Positions 1-9,993 of a stretch of 64,000 nucleotides of DNA are shown here, in pieces. The stretch spans positions 1 to 64,000 of the forward strand of contig JAEHCQ010000003.1 of NCBI GenBank assembly GCA_020696385.1. The letters run 5' to 3'. The translations under genes and the position numbers were made by a program. This DNA comes from Methanobacteriota archaeon (GTDB lineage Archaea > Thermoplasmatota > Thermoplasmata > SG8-5 > JAGLSY01). The notes under the pieces are model-generated. The model saw nothing but the letters and a program-made list of their open reading frames with translations. It did not search any database and was not told the origin of the DNA. How positions within the stretch are numbered: the first letter of the stretch is position 1; each line of letters starts with the position of its first letter.

Positions 1-77
1 TGGCCAGCATATTTCATGACAATCTCATTTAATCGATCTCGCTCCTTGCTGAACTCATCCGCCTTGTCCGAAACCAT
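1..77 (-). CDS. 5' part of a gene running off the window (MVSDKADEFSKERDRLNEIVMKYAG...), possibly carboxymuconolactone decarboxylase/AhpD-like
   Basis: Open frame from ATG at 77 to the window edge; family guess from the N-terminal sequence only. Confidence 0.45.
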   Translation of the reverse strand, partial: MVSDKADEFSKERDRLNEIVMKYAG

Positions 78-350
78 GAATGGTGAAAGGCGTGGGATTT
101 AGAAATAGTTTTGGTATTATTTTGGAATTCTATGGTATTCTAAAGACAGCGGAAGAGGCATTGAGGCTATATTTACCATAATTCATCCACAATCCTTTTA
201 TACAGTATCTATATTGGAGGCTTTCCTACAGAGGTATATGGATGCGAGAACGAAGTGATTGCATTCGGAACTTCGAAAGGATTCGAAGTTTCAAATGTGT
301 GAAACAAGTTCACTCATTCGAAATCTCAACATGAAATGGAGAGATTAAAC

Positions 351-731
351 ATGGCATTGTGGCAAGGACGATCCTCAAGAAAGCAGTCAGGTGGCAAATA
401 CAGACCACACAGAAGCAAGAAGAAGCATGAGATATCCACGGAATTTCAGTTCTCAGTAATTGGCGATAGGTCATCCAAGAAATACAGGACATTGGGCGGA
501 AGTAGCAAGAACAAGATCCTGTCTGCACAGATGGTCAATGTTTTTGATCCAAAGAAAGGAAAGGTCATCAGAACCGAAATATTGACTGTGACAGAGAATC
601 CGGCCAACCCCAATTACGTGCAAAGGAACATCATCAATAAGGGTGCTGTCATCCAGACAGAGCTCGGCGATGCAAAGATCACCTCAAGAATGGGACAGGA
701 CGGCGTTGTCAATGCAGTCCTTATAGAGTAA
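351..731 (+). CDS. rps8e: 30S ribosomal protein S8e
   Basis: MALWQGRSSRKQSGG...NPANPNYVQRNIINKGAVIQTELG...GQDGVVNAVL signature; ATG 351 follows GGAGAG. Confidence 0.97.
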   Translation: MALWQGRSSRKQSGGKYRPHRSKKKHEISTEFQFSVIGDRSSKKYRTLGGSSKNKILSAQMVNVFDPKKGKVIRTEILTVTENPANPNYVQRNIINKGAVIQTELGDAKITSRMGQDGVVNAVLIE

Positions 732-741
732 AGGTGCGGCC

Positions 742-1032
742 ATGGTCAGAACCAGAGCCAAGAACATAATACTCTGGCCTACATATTTTGATATCAAGAA
801 ATGCCGAGAAGAGGGACGTAGAGTTCCTAAGAAACTCGGCATAGATAGTCCAGAGATAGAAGATATTTATAAAGCAGTTAAGAAACTTGGCCATAAAGCA
901 AAGATGGAAGCGGATAAATCACACCCTGGCACACCATCTGGACATGAAGGCCGAGTCCTTGTTGAGAAAAGTGATGTCAAGAAGACCGAACTAATTCATC
1001 TCGTTGCCACTGAACTTAAGAAGAAGAATTGA
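742..1032 (+). CDS. srp19: Signal recognition particle 19 kDa protein
   Basis: ILWPTYFD...EGRRVPK...GRVLV motifs; directly after rps8e. Confidence 0.93.
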   Translation: MVRTRAKNIILWPTYFDIKKCREEGRRVPKKLGIDSPEIEDIYKAVKKLGHKAKMEADKSHPGTPSGHEGRVLVEKSDVKKTELIHLVATELKKKN

Positions 1033-1052
1033 TTTCACAACAATCATATTTT

Positions 1053-1343
1053 TTAACGGTCCTGGGGTGTCTCAACCTCTTCCACCAGCTTCTTTCCTGA
1101 AGATACACTGTCAATGGAATGTACGACTGCTCCGCAATCCCTTATGACAGAATCAACATTTTCGAAGTTGATATTTGATCCATCGATAGTTATCTTTATG
1201 CTCTCGGTCTCTTGATCCACCTCATCAAGGGCGCAGTTAACACCTGCAATACCCTCGAGCGCGCTCAGGCGACGAGATACTTCTATTATCGACGGACTAT
1301 GTGGTTTCAACACATCCAGTACCAAACGTTTTATGTCTGACAA
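1053..1343 (-). CDS. DUF211 family protein
   Basis: [12 protein letters not shown]...[10 protein letters not shown] motif typical of archaeal DUF211. Confidence 0.85.
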   Translation of the reverse strand: MSDIKRLVLDVLKPHSPSIIEVSRRLSALEGIAGVNCALDEVDQETESIKITIDGSNINFENVDSVIRDCGAVVHSIDSVSSGKKLVEEVETPQDR

Positions 1344-1385
1344 TACTATTCACTCCCGACACAATGGTCGATATTATTCAGATAG

Positions 1386-1548
1386 TGGAACTGGTATTTT
1401 AAGGTTTTGAAGTAATAGCCCCGAGTGAGCATGCTTGGGCGATTTTTCTTTTGGATTGGAAACCTTGTTCTTTTGGAGCCCAAGCCAGCGGAGCGAGAGG
1501 AAAAGAAAAGGCTTCCTGGAACTGGTATTTTAAGGTTTTGAAGTAATA
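1386..1548. mobile_element. 99-bp structured non-coding element (1418-1516) flanked by perfect 32-bp direct repeats
   Basis: TGGAACTGGTATTTTAAGGTTTTGAAGTAATA at 1386-1417 and 1517-1548; internal stems GCTTGGGC/GCCCAAGC and GGAAACCTTGTTCTTTT/AAAAGAAAAGGCTTCC; homologue at 26019-26117. Confidence 0.7.
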
Positions 1549-1634
1549 ACAGAGCGACCATAGGCAATCTTTTGATCACATTATACAAAATTAGGAATGT
1601 AAACTATATACCATCAAAGAGTAATGATGTCTTG

Positions 1635-2621
1635 ATGGAAGAAGATCACAAGCATGACAATTCAAATAACCATGACCATTCAGAGAGTCATGGTCATTCC
1701 CACAACCACAACCACGGAATTGGTGGCGATGGCATGATAGAGAAGGGGCTGAAGTTCGCAATAGTCCTGACATTTGTCTTTTTTGTTGTCGAGATAATCG
1801 GTGGATTCATGTCCAGTTCCCTTTCACTTCTGGGGGATGCTGGACATATGCTACGTGATGTTTTCGCGCTCATGCTTTCCCTGGGGGCGGTCAGCCTGGC
1901 CAGGAAGCTCCCGTCCAAGACGAAGACCTTTGGCTATCACAGAATAGAGGTCTTCGCGGCCTTTGTCAATGGTCTTTTTCTGATAATCATCAGCTTCTGG
2001 ATATTCATCGAGGCCTTTCAGAGATACTTCGATCCAGAGCCCATCGAAAGCGGCATAATGTTCATTGTCGCGGTCATCGGCCTCATCGTCAATATCGTGA
2101 TCGCTTTCAAACTTCATGGTAGCGAGGACTTGAATGTCAGAAGTGCTTTCATTCATGTTCTGACCGATCTAATTTCATCGGTAGGCGTGATAATTGCCTC
2201 GGTCTGGATATACTTCACTGGCCAGACCATCGTGGACCCCATTGTGGGATTCGCTATCGCGATCTTCATCCTGGTATCCTCGATAAAGATAATTCGAGAA
2301 TCCGTGCATATTCTGCTGGAATTCACACCACCAGGCATTGATTTTGATGATGTCGTTAAGGACATCCAATCGGTCGAAGGAGTGGAGGATGTGAACAATG
2401 TGCATTTGTGGTCGCTTTGTTCCCACATCAATGTAGTGGACGCGCATATCCAGACCAATGCCAGTGATCTGCATGAGGTGGAGCTTATCAGTAAGAACAT
2501 CAAGGCTACACTTCAAAAATACAATGTCAAGCACGCCACCCTGGAATTCGAATGCGAGGCATGCGATGAGTGCCAGAACGGCTGCGTCATCGATAGTAAA
2601 GTAAAGGTAATGGAACATTAA
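1635..2621 (+). CDS. czcD: Cation diffusion facilitator (CzcD-like Zn/Co/Cd exporter)
   Basis: His-rich N-terminus, SLLGDAGHMLRD and HVLTD metal sites, 6 TM helices, Cys-rich tail. Confidence 0.92.
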   Translation: MEEDHKHDNSNNHDHSESHGHSHNHNHGIGGDGMIEKGLKFAIVLTFVFFVVEIIGGFMSSSLSLLGDAGHMLRDVFALMLSLGAVSLARKLPSKTKTFGYHRIEVFAAFVNGLFLIIISFWIFIEAFQRYFDPEPIESGIMFIVAVIGLIVNIVIAFKLHGSEDLNVRSAFIHVLTDLISSVGVIIASVWIYFTGQTIVDPIVGFAIAIFILVSSIKIIRESVHILLEFTPPGIDFDDVVKDIQSVEGVEDVNNVHLWSLCSHINVVDAHIQTNASDLHEVELISKNIKATLQKYNVKHATLEFECEACDECQNGCVIDSKVKVMEH

Positions 2622-2627
2622 GGTTCG

Positions 2628-3134
2628 ATGACGTTTATTATAAGAGGATATGAGCCGAAGGATCTGGAAGCTTGCAGAGGTCTCTGGCAAGACCTGACCC
2701 AAAAGCATCGGGACCTGTACGAGGACCAGACCATCGGAGGAGATGATCCAGGCAAATATTTTGACGAGCATCTGGAGATAACGGGTGCGGACAATATCTG
2801 GGTGGCGGAGAAGGATGAGATGGTTGTCGGCCTTACTGGTATGAGAAAGGACCTTGATGATGGCTGGGAAATTGAGCCAGTCATGGTCAGACCTGATGTA
2901 CAAGGCCAGGGCATTGGTCGGGCACTCATCGAGAAGATGATCGAGGTTGCCCGCGAGAGGGAAGTAAAATTCCTTTCGATAAGGCCAGTATATCGAAATG
3001 AGGAAGCTATTGCTGTGTTCCACAAGATGGGATTCATAAACCTGGGTCACGTCGAGCTTTTCATGCAGCTCGACGGAGATACCGCCAGATGGAAGCCAGG
3101 TGCAAAACTGCATGACAAAGAGTTCAGTTATTGA
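2628..3134 (+). CDS. GNAT family N-acetyltransferase
   Basis: VMVRPDVQGQGIGRALI acetyl-CoA motif A; N...FHKMGF. Confidence 0.9.
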   Translation: MTFIIRGYEPKDLEACRGLWQDLTQKHRDLYEDQTIGGDDPGKYFDEHLEITGADNIWVAEKDEMVVGLTGMRKDLDDGWEIEPVMVRPDVQGQGIGRALIEKMIEVAREREVKFLSIRPVYRNEEAIAVFHKMGFINLGHVELFMQLDGDTARWKPGAKLHDKEFSY

Positions 3135-3167
3135 AAATTTAATATAAGGCAAGGATAATGACCTTTC

Positions 3168-3821
3168 ATGACGGATATCCAAGTAATCGATGGCAAGACA
3201 TTCAAGGCTGGCAAGATACTCTGCCTTCTCCGCAGTTACGCAGCCCATGCAGAGGAGATGGGCAATGCTCCTTCGGTCAAGCCAGACTTCTTTCTCAAGC
3301 CCTCATCAGCAATTATATTCCAGGATGAGAATATAATCATACCCCCACAATCCGAGGAAGTGCATCACGAGGTGGAGCTGGCCATCCTCATCGGCAAGGG
3401 AGGAAGCAATATTCCTGCTAAGAATGCCGAACAGCATATTGCTGGCTATGGAATTCTGATAGATGTAACAGCCAGAGATATCCAGGCCAAGGCGAAGAAG
3501 AATGGGAAGCCGTGGGCCATCGCAAAGGGCTTCGACACCTTCGCGCCAGTCTCAGATTTTGTCAAGAAGGAGAAGGTAACAGATGTCCATAATTTAGACA
3601 TCTGGCTTCATGTGAATGGCGAGATGCGTCAGAAGTCAAACACCTCCAAGCTTCTGTTCAAAATACCAGAGATAATCGAATTCATATCAGCCAGGATGAC
3701 CCTGGAGCCGGGCGATATCATCGCCACCGGGACCCCAGAGGGAGTATCAAGAATAATGCCAGGTGATATTGTGGAAGCTGGCATTGATGAAATTGGGATA
3801 CTTAGGGTTGGTGTGGAATAG
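3168..3821 (+). CDS. Fumarylacetoacetate hydrolase family protein
   Basis: FFLKP, HHEVEL, DVTARD, AKGFDTF, TGTPEGV motifs. Confidence 0.93.
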   Translation: MTDIQVIDGKTFKAGKILCLLRSYAAHAEEMGNAPSVKPDFFLKPSSAIIFQDENIIIPPQSEEVHHEVELAILIGKGGSNIPAKNAEQHIAGYGILIDVTARDIQAKAKKNGKPWAIAKGFDTFAPVSDFVKKEKVTDVHNLDIWLHVNGEMRQKSNTSKLLFKIPEIIEFISARMTLEPGDIIATGTPEGVSRIMPGDIVEAGIDEIGILRVGVE

Positions 3822-3880
3822 AAAAAATGCAATCCTCAAGGTTAGAGCTTGGAGATTACATTTAGATTATTGATTCGATT

Positions 3881-4192
3881 TCAATGGCAGGGATAGTAGC
3901 CAGATTCTTCATGCATATGCTCCTCGCACTCTTCATAATACTCATGACCAACTGATTCACAATATTCACTGGTTTCCCCGTAACCCTTTTCATAATTCTC
4001 TTCACAATATTCATGAGTCTCACCGTATTCGTCACATTCATGATCCGAGCCATAGGTTCCTCCATCAGACATCATTCCCATGTGACCACCATTCCACATT
4101 CCATTGTTCAGATTGCCTAAAACAACTATGCTGGATGCGCCCAGAACAACTAAACTCAATGCTATCAAAGTAGCTACAAATACTTTTTCCAT
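3881..4192 (-). CDS. Small exported His/Cys/Glu/Met-rich protein (candidate metal binder)
   Basis: Signal peptide/TM followed by GHMGMM and repeated HE(Y)C(D/E)E motifs, ends PCH; divergent from copA. Confidence 0.65.
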   Translation of the reverse strand: MEKVFVATLIALSLVVLGASSIVVLGNLNNGMWNGGHMGMMSDGGTYGSDHECDEYGETHEYCEENYEKGYGETSEYCESVGHEYYEECEEHMHEESGYYPCH

Positions 4193-4200
4193 ATTATTAC

Positions 4201-4214
4201 TTAACTATAGTTAA
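4201..4214. promoter_or_regulatory. Perfect 14-bp palindrome, candidate operator in the copA divergent promoter region
   Basis: TTAACTATAGTTAA between the two divergent start codons. Confidence 0.4.
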
Positions 4215-4312
4215 TATAGCTGCCAGTATATTAATGTTTAGCCAATGCAGACCTGCTGTTCATAAAAGCAAGGGAACAACCTTATTAACCCGATTATTAC
4301 TAACAATAGACA

Positions 4313-6547
4313 ATGGAAGAGAAAGAAATAACACCTGAAAATCAAACATCTATCAAAGTAGGAGGTATGACTTGCGCCGCATGCGTGAAGACCATCGAGA
4401 ACACACTGACCAAGCTGGACGGAGTGTCGGATGTCAATGTCAGCCTGGGCAATGAGCGGGCTTACATCACATATGACAGCCAGACTGTCAGTGACAAGGC
4501 CTTCAAGAAAACTGTGAAGAAGGCAGTTACAAAAGCCGGATACGACTATCTCGGCTGGGGAGACGAGGATACAAGCCAGGCCGAAGAAAAAGCCATGGAA
4601 GCTTCCCTGGCCTCCAAGAAAAATCGATTTATTATCGGATTTGCGGTATCACTTCCATTGATGGCCATGATGTACCTCGACATCATGCCTCCAGGTGGAA
4701 TTTCCATGCCGTATTTCATGCTGGCTATTACGATAATTCCATTCATTTACACCAGCCAACCGATCTTCCGGCATGGTTTGATGGCCCTTCAAAACCGCAA
4801 TCTGGACATGAACGTCATGTACTCCATGGGAATAGGAGTGGCTTATGGCTCCAGCTTGCTGGGTACTTTTGAGATCGTGCTGACACCGGACTTCATGTTC
4901 TATGAAGCAGCCTTAATGTTGGCTGCTTTCCTGATGCTCGGCAAATACATGGAAGAAGGGGCCAAGGGAAAGACAAGCCAGGCCATCAAAACACTCATGG
5001 GGCTGAGAGCGAAGACCGCGACAGTCATACGCGATGGCCAGGAGATGGAGCTGGCCATTGAAGATGTTATCATTGGCGACATTATAATTGTCAAGCCAGG
5101 GGAAAAAATACCGGTTGATGGAACAGTGGTCGGCGGCGAAAGTTATGTTGACGAATCCATGATAAGTGGCGAGCCAGTGCCTGTCCTTAAAGGCACTGGG
5201 AACGATGTCATTGGTGGCACGATCAATAAGAACAGTGTGCTGAGGATAGAAGCCCGCAAAATTGGAAAGGACACTGTACTGGCTCAGATAATCCAGATGG
5301 TGGATGATGCACAGAGCTCGAAGCCAGATGTTCAAAGGCTGGCTGATAAAGCCGTTACATGGTTCATACCAGTTGTTCTGAGCATCGCGATCATCGCGGC
5401 TGGCATCTGGTATGCTTATGATAATGACCTGCTAAATGCACTCACTGTCCTTATTTCGATACTTGTCATCGCATGTCCATGCGCGCTGGGTCTGGCAACA
5501 CCCACCGCTGTCACGGTCGGCCTGGGCAGAGGAGCCGAATTGGGCATACTTATCAGAAGGGGTGAGGCCCTGGAGACATCGGGTCGGCTTACAACCGTAC
5601 TTTTTGACAAGACTGGCACGCTTACAAAAGGCGAGCCAGTTGTTACAGACATCATTCCATTTGACATTGACGAGAAAAAACTTCTGGAATATACAGCCAG
5701 TGTTGAGAAAAATTCTCAACACCCGCTTGCCGAGGCCGTGGTAAATGCGGCCTCGGAGCGCGGCATTCCGCTGAAAGAAGTGTCTGACTTTGACACCCTT
5801 GGCGGAAAGGGCGTGAAGGCGAAGCTCGGCAATGAAGAGGTGCATATCGGAACCAGGAGCTTCATAAAAGCGTCTGGAACCGCCATTAGCGACGATATCG
5901 AGGGTAGGATGGGTGAACTTGAGGCTCAGGGAAAGACCGCGATAATGGTCGCGATAGATGGCAGGATCGCGGGACTTATGGCCATCGCGGATCAGATCAA
6001 ACCAACGACCAAGGCCGCCATAGAGAGCCTTGGCAGGATGGGGCTGGAGGTCGGCATGGTCACCGGAGACAATAAGAGAACGGCTCATGCGATTGCCAGC
6101 CAGATAGGTATCACGACAGTACTGGCGGAGGTGCTTCCTGGAGATAAAGCCAGGAAGGTGAAAGAGCTTCAGGACAAAGGCGAGGTCGTGGCCTTTGTCG
6201 GCGACGGCATAAACGATGCCCCCGCACTGGCACAGGCGGACGTCGGCATCGCGATAGGCAGAGGAACAGATGTCGCAAAAGAAAGTAGCGACATCGTGCT
6301 GATGAAGAGCGATCTCATGGATGTGGTTGGGGGCATCCAGCTGAGCAGAAAGGTTATGACCCGTATCAAACAGAACCTCTTCTGGGCCTTTGCCTACAAT
6401 TCCGCTCTTATCCCGGTTGCCGCGGGAGTGCTTGTTCCTCTGGCTGATTTTCATTTCAGGCCAGAGTTCGCTGGACTGGCAATGGCGATGAGCTCAGTGA
6501 CTGTAGTGAGCCTGTCGCTTATGTTGAGAAAGTATCAGCCAAAGTGA
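4313..6547 (+). CDS. copA: Cu(I)-translocating P1B-type ATPase
   Basis: GMTCAAC metal-binding domain, CPCALGL, DKTGT, GDGINDAP, YN and MAMSS motifs. Confidence 0.96.
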   Translation: MEEKEITPENQTSIKVGGMTCAACVKTIENTLTKLDGVSDVNVSLGNERAYITYDSQTVSDKAFKKTVKKAVTKAGYDYLGWGDEDTSQAEEKAMEASLASKKNRFIIGFAVSLPLMAMMYLDIMPPGGISMPYFMLAITIIPFIYTSQPIFRHGLMALQNRNLDMNVMYSMGIGVAYGSSLLGTFEIVLTPDFMFYEAALMLAAFLMLGKYMEEGAKGKTSQAIKTLMGLRAKTATVIRDGQEMELAIEDVIIGDIIIVKPGEKIPVDGTVVGGESYVDESMISGEPVPVLKGTGNDVIGGTINKNSVLRIEARKIGKDTVLAQIIQMVDDAQSSKPDVQRLADKAVTWFIPVVLSIAIIAAGIWYAYDNDLLNALTVLISILVIACPCALGLATPTAVTVGLGRGAELGILIRRGEALETSGRLTTVLFDKTGTLTKGEPVVTDIIPFDIDEKKLLEYTASVEKNSQHPLAEAVVNAASERGIPLKEVSDFDTLGGKGVKAKLGNEEVHIGTRSFIKASGTAISDDIEGRMGELEAQGKTAIMVAIDGRIAGLMAIADQIKPTTKAAIESLGRMGLEVGMVTGDNKRTAHAIASQIGITTVLAEVLPGDKARKVKELQDKGEVVAFVGDGINDAPALAQADVGIAIGRGTDVAKESSDIVLMKSDLMDVVGGIQLSRKVMTRIKQNLFWAFAYNSALIPVAAGVLVPLADFHFRPEFAGLAMAMSSVTVVSLSLMLRKYQPK

Positions 6548-6712
6548 GCATAGTGGGCATAGTAAGCATAGCATAGTAAACAAAATGAGGCATGAAAGGC
6601 ATCTCTTTATATTAAGTAAATTAAATTTAACTAACTATATTTAGTTCACATGGCGATGTCTGTTGCCGCCGACCGCGACAACAGATATTATGTTGAAAGG
6701 TGTGATTGTAAA

Positions 6713-9700
6713 TTAGTAATTATTTATGGTCCAGGTCGTGTCCGAACCAACCTTTATCCAGTATCCATTACCATAGCTCATTGTGTCCGAATTGGACAGT
6801 ATCTCCATGAGGTATGCATTGGCTGGGTTGAAGCCTTCTATCTGAGTAGCTCCAGTCTCTATCTTGATATCCAATACGGTCTTGGCTTCCAAACCAGGAT
6901 ATCCCACGAGGTTCCATCCAGCCTTCAGCTCGATCGATATATTATCAGATACAAGACCAGCGGTAACAAGGTCATCATTGCTATTGACATTCAGCCAGAT
7001 ACCCATATCATACCCGACTGAATCAAGAATATCCAGAACATCGGGCCTTGTGGTTATATTACCGACCCATTTATTGGATGGTGCCAGAGCATCATAATAT
7101 AGAGCGTGGTTCCAATTGATATTTCCATATGCATTACCCAGTGATGTTCCTTTCTGCACCACTGGAGATGATATCAAATTCCACCCAGAGTTCACGGGAG
7201 TTGATATCTTGCCCGCCTGTTTGGTCGCATTCACATATTCGCCCTGTGAACCAACAGCACCTATTATGTAGAAATAATCATTAGAATCGCCCTTGCCAGC
7301 CCCACTATCCAGATAGCCAGAATTTCCATGGCCCATGGTATCAATCAAAGCATATCCTGTACCATTGGCATCAAATGAGGTGCTTCTGTAAATATTGTAG
7401 GTGACCACATCAATATCTGTGGATGAAAGTGTCCATTGGAGCAGTATATCCGAATTCCCTGTGCCAGATAGTTCTGCAATGGGATCCTGTGGAGCCTGAA
7501 GTGGTACTGGTACATACACGCCCTTCCAAACATTGGCTCCAGTCCCATCACCAGTCCCATTATTGGTGATGATATCCATTCGCCCATCTGAATCGATGTC
7601 TGCAAGCTCCATTGCTCCGTATAAACCGCCATCAGGCAACCCTGTTGTGACATATGTCCAGGTGGGAAGTACATTCTTCATTGGAGTTATACCGAAACTA
7701 CTGGTACTGGATCCACTCACTATGTCCAGTGAGCCATCTATATCAAAATCACAAATATCAAGGCCAAGACTATTATCTGTTGATGGATTTGATAGGTATG
7801 ACCATGTACCGTCGCCAAGACCACCCCAGATATGTACTCCATCACTTGCTGTCACTATGACATCCGCATTGCCATCATCATTGACATCCCCAAGACGAAC
7901 GTCCCTATATTCACCATTTGTGGATGGCAATCCAGTGGATGACTCTGTCCATCCATCATTTGAATCTCCCAAATAGACCTTGATGGTCCCATTTACCGTG
8001 AGCAGGTCAATGTTGCCATCATGGTTCACATCTGCATGATCCAGGCACCTGTAGCTCCCTGTGACCGGTAGTCCAAAAGTAATGTACCATACGCCGGTGC
8101 CGTCACCATTCCATACGGTGATCCCTGCATTTCCTCTTGAGCCAGCAGCTATATCCATATTTCCATCATCATTGAAATCTGCCACTGTCAGTCCATCAAA
8201 TGTTCCAGATGAGGGGAGTCCATTCGTCTTCTGGGTCCACCCTCCGGCTCCATCGCCGATCCATGCTTTTACACCAGGAGCTGCTGTGGCAATAATGTCT
8301 GGCTTACCATCATTGTTAAGGTCAACAGACCTAACCTTCCTGAACCTGCCATTGAAACTGGGTGTTGAAAAAGCTGTCCAGTTGCCAGTTCCATCGCCGG
8401 TCCATATCTCAATACCGCTATTATCAGTCGCGAAACATAGGTCCAGCTTACCATCAAGGTTAACATCAAGGACCTCGATGTCATTTATGAGTGATGAAGT
8501 GGATGGTGGAACAAGTTGACTCCAGGCATTGAGTCTCCTATCCACATCAGCCTTCCAGATAACTATGCCAGTTGATATCCCGACACCGATATAATCCAGT
8601 CTGCCATCATCATCTATATCAGCAATTGATATATCTGAATATACAAGAGCTGCTGGAAGTCCTCCAGTTTGCAGGAACCAGTTATCCTGGCTGTCTCCAG
8701 ACCAAATAGAATTGTTTGTACCAGTGGGAGCCGCGTATATGTCAATGTGTCCATCGATATTGGCATCTCCCACCTCCAGTGAATTGTATGTGCCTGTGAA
8801 GGGGAGGTTGAAGGTCATGGTCCATACTCCCAGGCCATTACCGCTCCATGCTCTGACCCCTTGGCCAGCATCATGCGTGGCCACCAGATCCAGGTCGCCA
8901 TCCATGTTCATGTCCTTCATCTTCACATCAGAATAAGAACCCACGCTGGGTAGACCATTATTGCTGGGTGACCAGCTTCCAGTCCCATCGCCCGTCCAGG
9001 TCGATACACCATCGGTCCTTGATGCCGCGATGTCCAGATCCCCATCATTGTCCAGATCGCCTATGTCCACGCCCTGGGCGGTGAAGGAATTGGGTATATT
9101 ATTGTCGCCATGCACCCAGTTGCCAGCTCCATCTCCCAGCAATACCTGTACACCTTTCTCCGCGGGTGATGCAGAGCATCCGGCAATGATGTCCAGATCC
9201 CCATCATTATTGACATCCCCCATCACTATTGAATTGAAATCGCCAGTTGGTAATCCATTACTGGCATCTGTCCATGTGCCAGTTCCATCCCCGGTCCATG
9301 CAAATAGGCCCGTGGTAGTGGCTATGGTAATGTCTGGCTTACCATCATTGTCGAGGTCGCCAATGGAAGCGTCATTGGAAATCATGCTCCCAGTAGGTGG
9401 TGTGAAGGAAGCCCAGTTACCATCGGAATCTCCGGTCCAAATGAGCAGACCTCCTGCCTGCTGACCTACCAAGATATCTTGTGAGGCATCATTATTGAGG
9501 TCAGATGTCTCTATAAAAATGAATGAGTTAGAAGTGTCTGGTGAATTGAAACTGGACCATTGTATCTCAGGATCTGAACCAAGAGCAGGTAGTGCTGGCC
9601 CAGGCTGATACATAGTATCTCCCGGAGTATGTCCAACCCTCACTCTCTCATTATTATTGACCGAGAACCCCGAGGTCAGCATCGCAATGCATACAAGCCC

Positions 9701-9754
9701 ACAGAGCATCAGGGTCAATGGCCTGACGAATGCTCTCAATATTTCACCTTTCAA
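6713..9754 (-). CDS. Secreted FG-GAP/VCBS repeat protein (14 repeats, likely two 7-bladed propellers) with FN3-like and C-terminal GWNL-repeat domains
   Basis: Signal peptide; 14 D-x-(N/D)-x-D-G-x-x-D type repeats in two groups of seven; GWNLIS/GWNLVGYP tail. Confidence 0.88.
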   Translation of the reverse strand: MKGEILRAFVRPLTLMLCGLVCIAMLTSGFSVNNNERVRVGHTPGDTMYQPGPALPALGSDPEIQWSSFNSPDTSNSFIFIETSDLNNDASQDILVGQQAGGLLIWTGDSDGNWASFTPPTGSMISNDASIGDLDNDGKPDITIATTTGLFAWTGDGTGTWTDASNGLPTGDFNSIVMGDVNNDGDLDIIAGCSASPAEKGVQVLLGDGAGNWVHGDNNIPNSFTAQGVDIGDLDNDGDLDIAASRTDGVSTWTGDGTGSWSPSNNGLPSVGSYSDVKMKDMNMDGDLDLVATHDAGQGVRAWSGNGLGVWTMTFNLPFTGTYNSLEVGDANIDGHIDIYAAPTGTNNSIWSGDSQDNWFLQTGGLPAALVYSDISIADIDDDGRLDYIGVGISTGIVIWKADVDRRLNAWSQLVPPSTSSLINDIEVLDVNLDGKLDLCFATDNSGIEIWTGDGTGNWTAFSTPSFNGRFRKVRSVDLNNDGKPDIIATAAPGVKAWIGDGAGGWTQKTNGLPSSGTFDGLTVADFNDDGNMDIAAGSRGNAGITVWNGDGTGVWYITFGLPVTGSYRCLDHADVNHDGNIDLLTVNGTIKVYLGDSNDGWTESSTGLPSTNGEYRDVRLGDVNDDGNADVIVTASDGVHIWGGLGDGTWSYLSNPSTDNSLGLDICDFDIDGSLDIVSGSSTSSFGITPMKNVLPTWTYVTTGLPDGGLYGAMELADIDSDGRMDIITNNGTGDGTGANVWKGVYVPVPLQAPQDPIAELSGTGNSDILLQWTLSSTDIDVVTYNIYRSTSFDANGTGYALIDTMGHGNSGYLDSGAGKGDSNDYFYIIGAVGSQGEYVNATKQAGKISTPVNSGWNLISSPVVQKGTSLGNAYGNINWNHALYYDALAPSNKWVGNITTRPDVLDILDSVGYDMGIWLNVNSNDDLVTAGLVSDNISIELKAGWNLVGYPGLEAKTVLDIKIETGATQIEGFNPANAYLMEILSNSDTMSYGNGYWIKVGSDTTWTINNY

Positions 9755-9993
9755 CCTTAGGTCTGTAAAAAATATCGACCTACAATTTCTATATATTGAT
9801 GTTATATATATACCTTTCCACTGTACTATATTTAAATGTTTGCATAAAGCTTAAATAATATATTTATTAGAAGATATGAATATTAATGGCTCCGACCACT
9901 GCTTTAGAACAATAAATTATTGTTCAACATAATATTTAAATGTTCTGACCCTATATGGAGGATGGGCAATGCCTGTAATGAGGTAAGGATCAG

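Noticed and set aside
1418-1516. HDV-like ribozyme
   Set aside because: Pseudoknot order is similar, but P3/L3, P1.1 and the J4/2 catalytic motif could not be placed by eye on either strand.
1386-1548. CRISPR mini-array (32-bp repeats)
   Set aside because: Only two repeats, a 99-bp structured spacer, the repeat is a promoter sequence, and no cas genes are present.
2175-6454. Long antisense ORFs (357 aa, 340 aa) and similar ones elsewhere
   Set aside because: Shadows of well-supported genes on the opposite strand.
6547-6580. AGCATAGT short repeats after copA
   Set aside because: Simple slippage-type repeat with no evident function.
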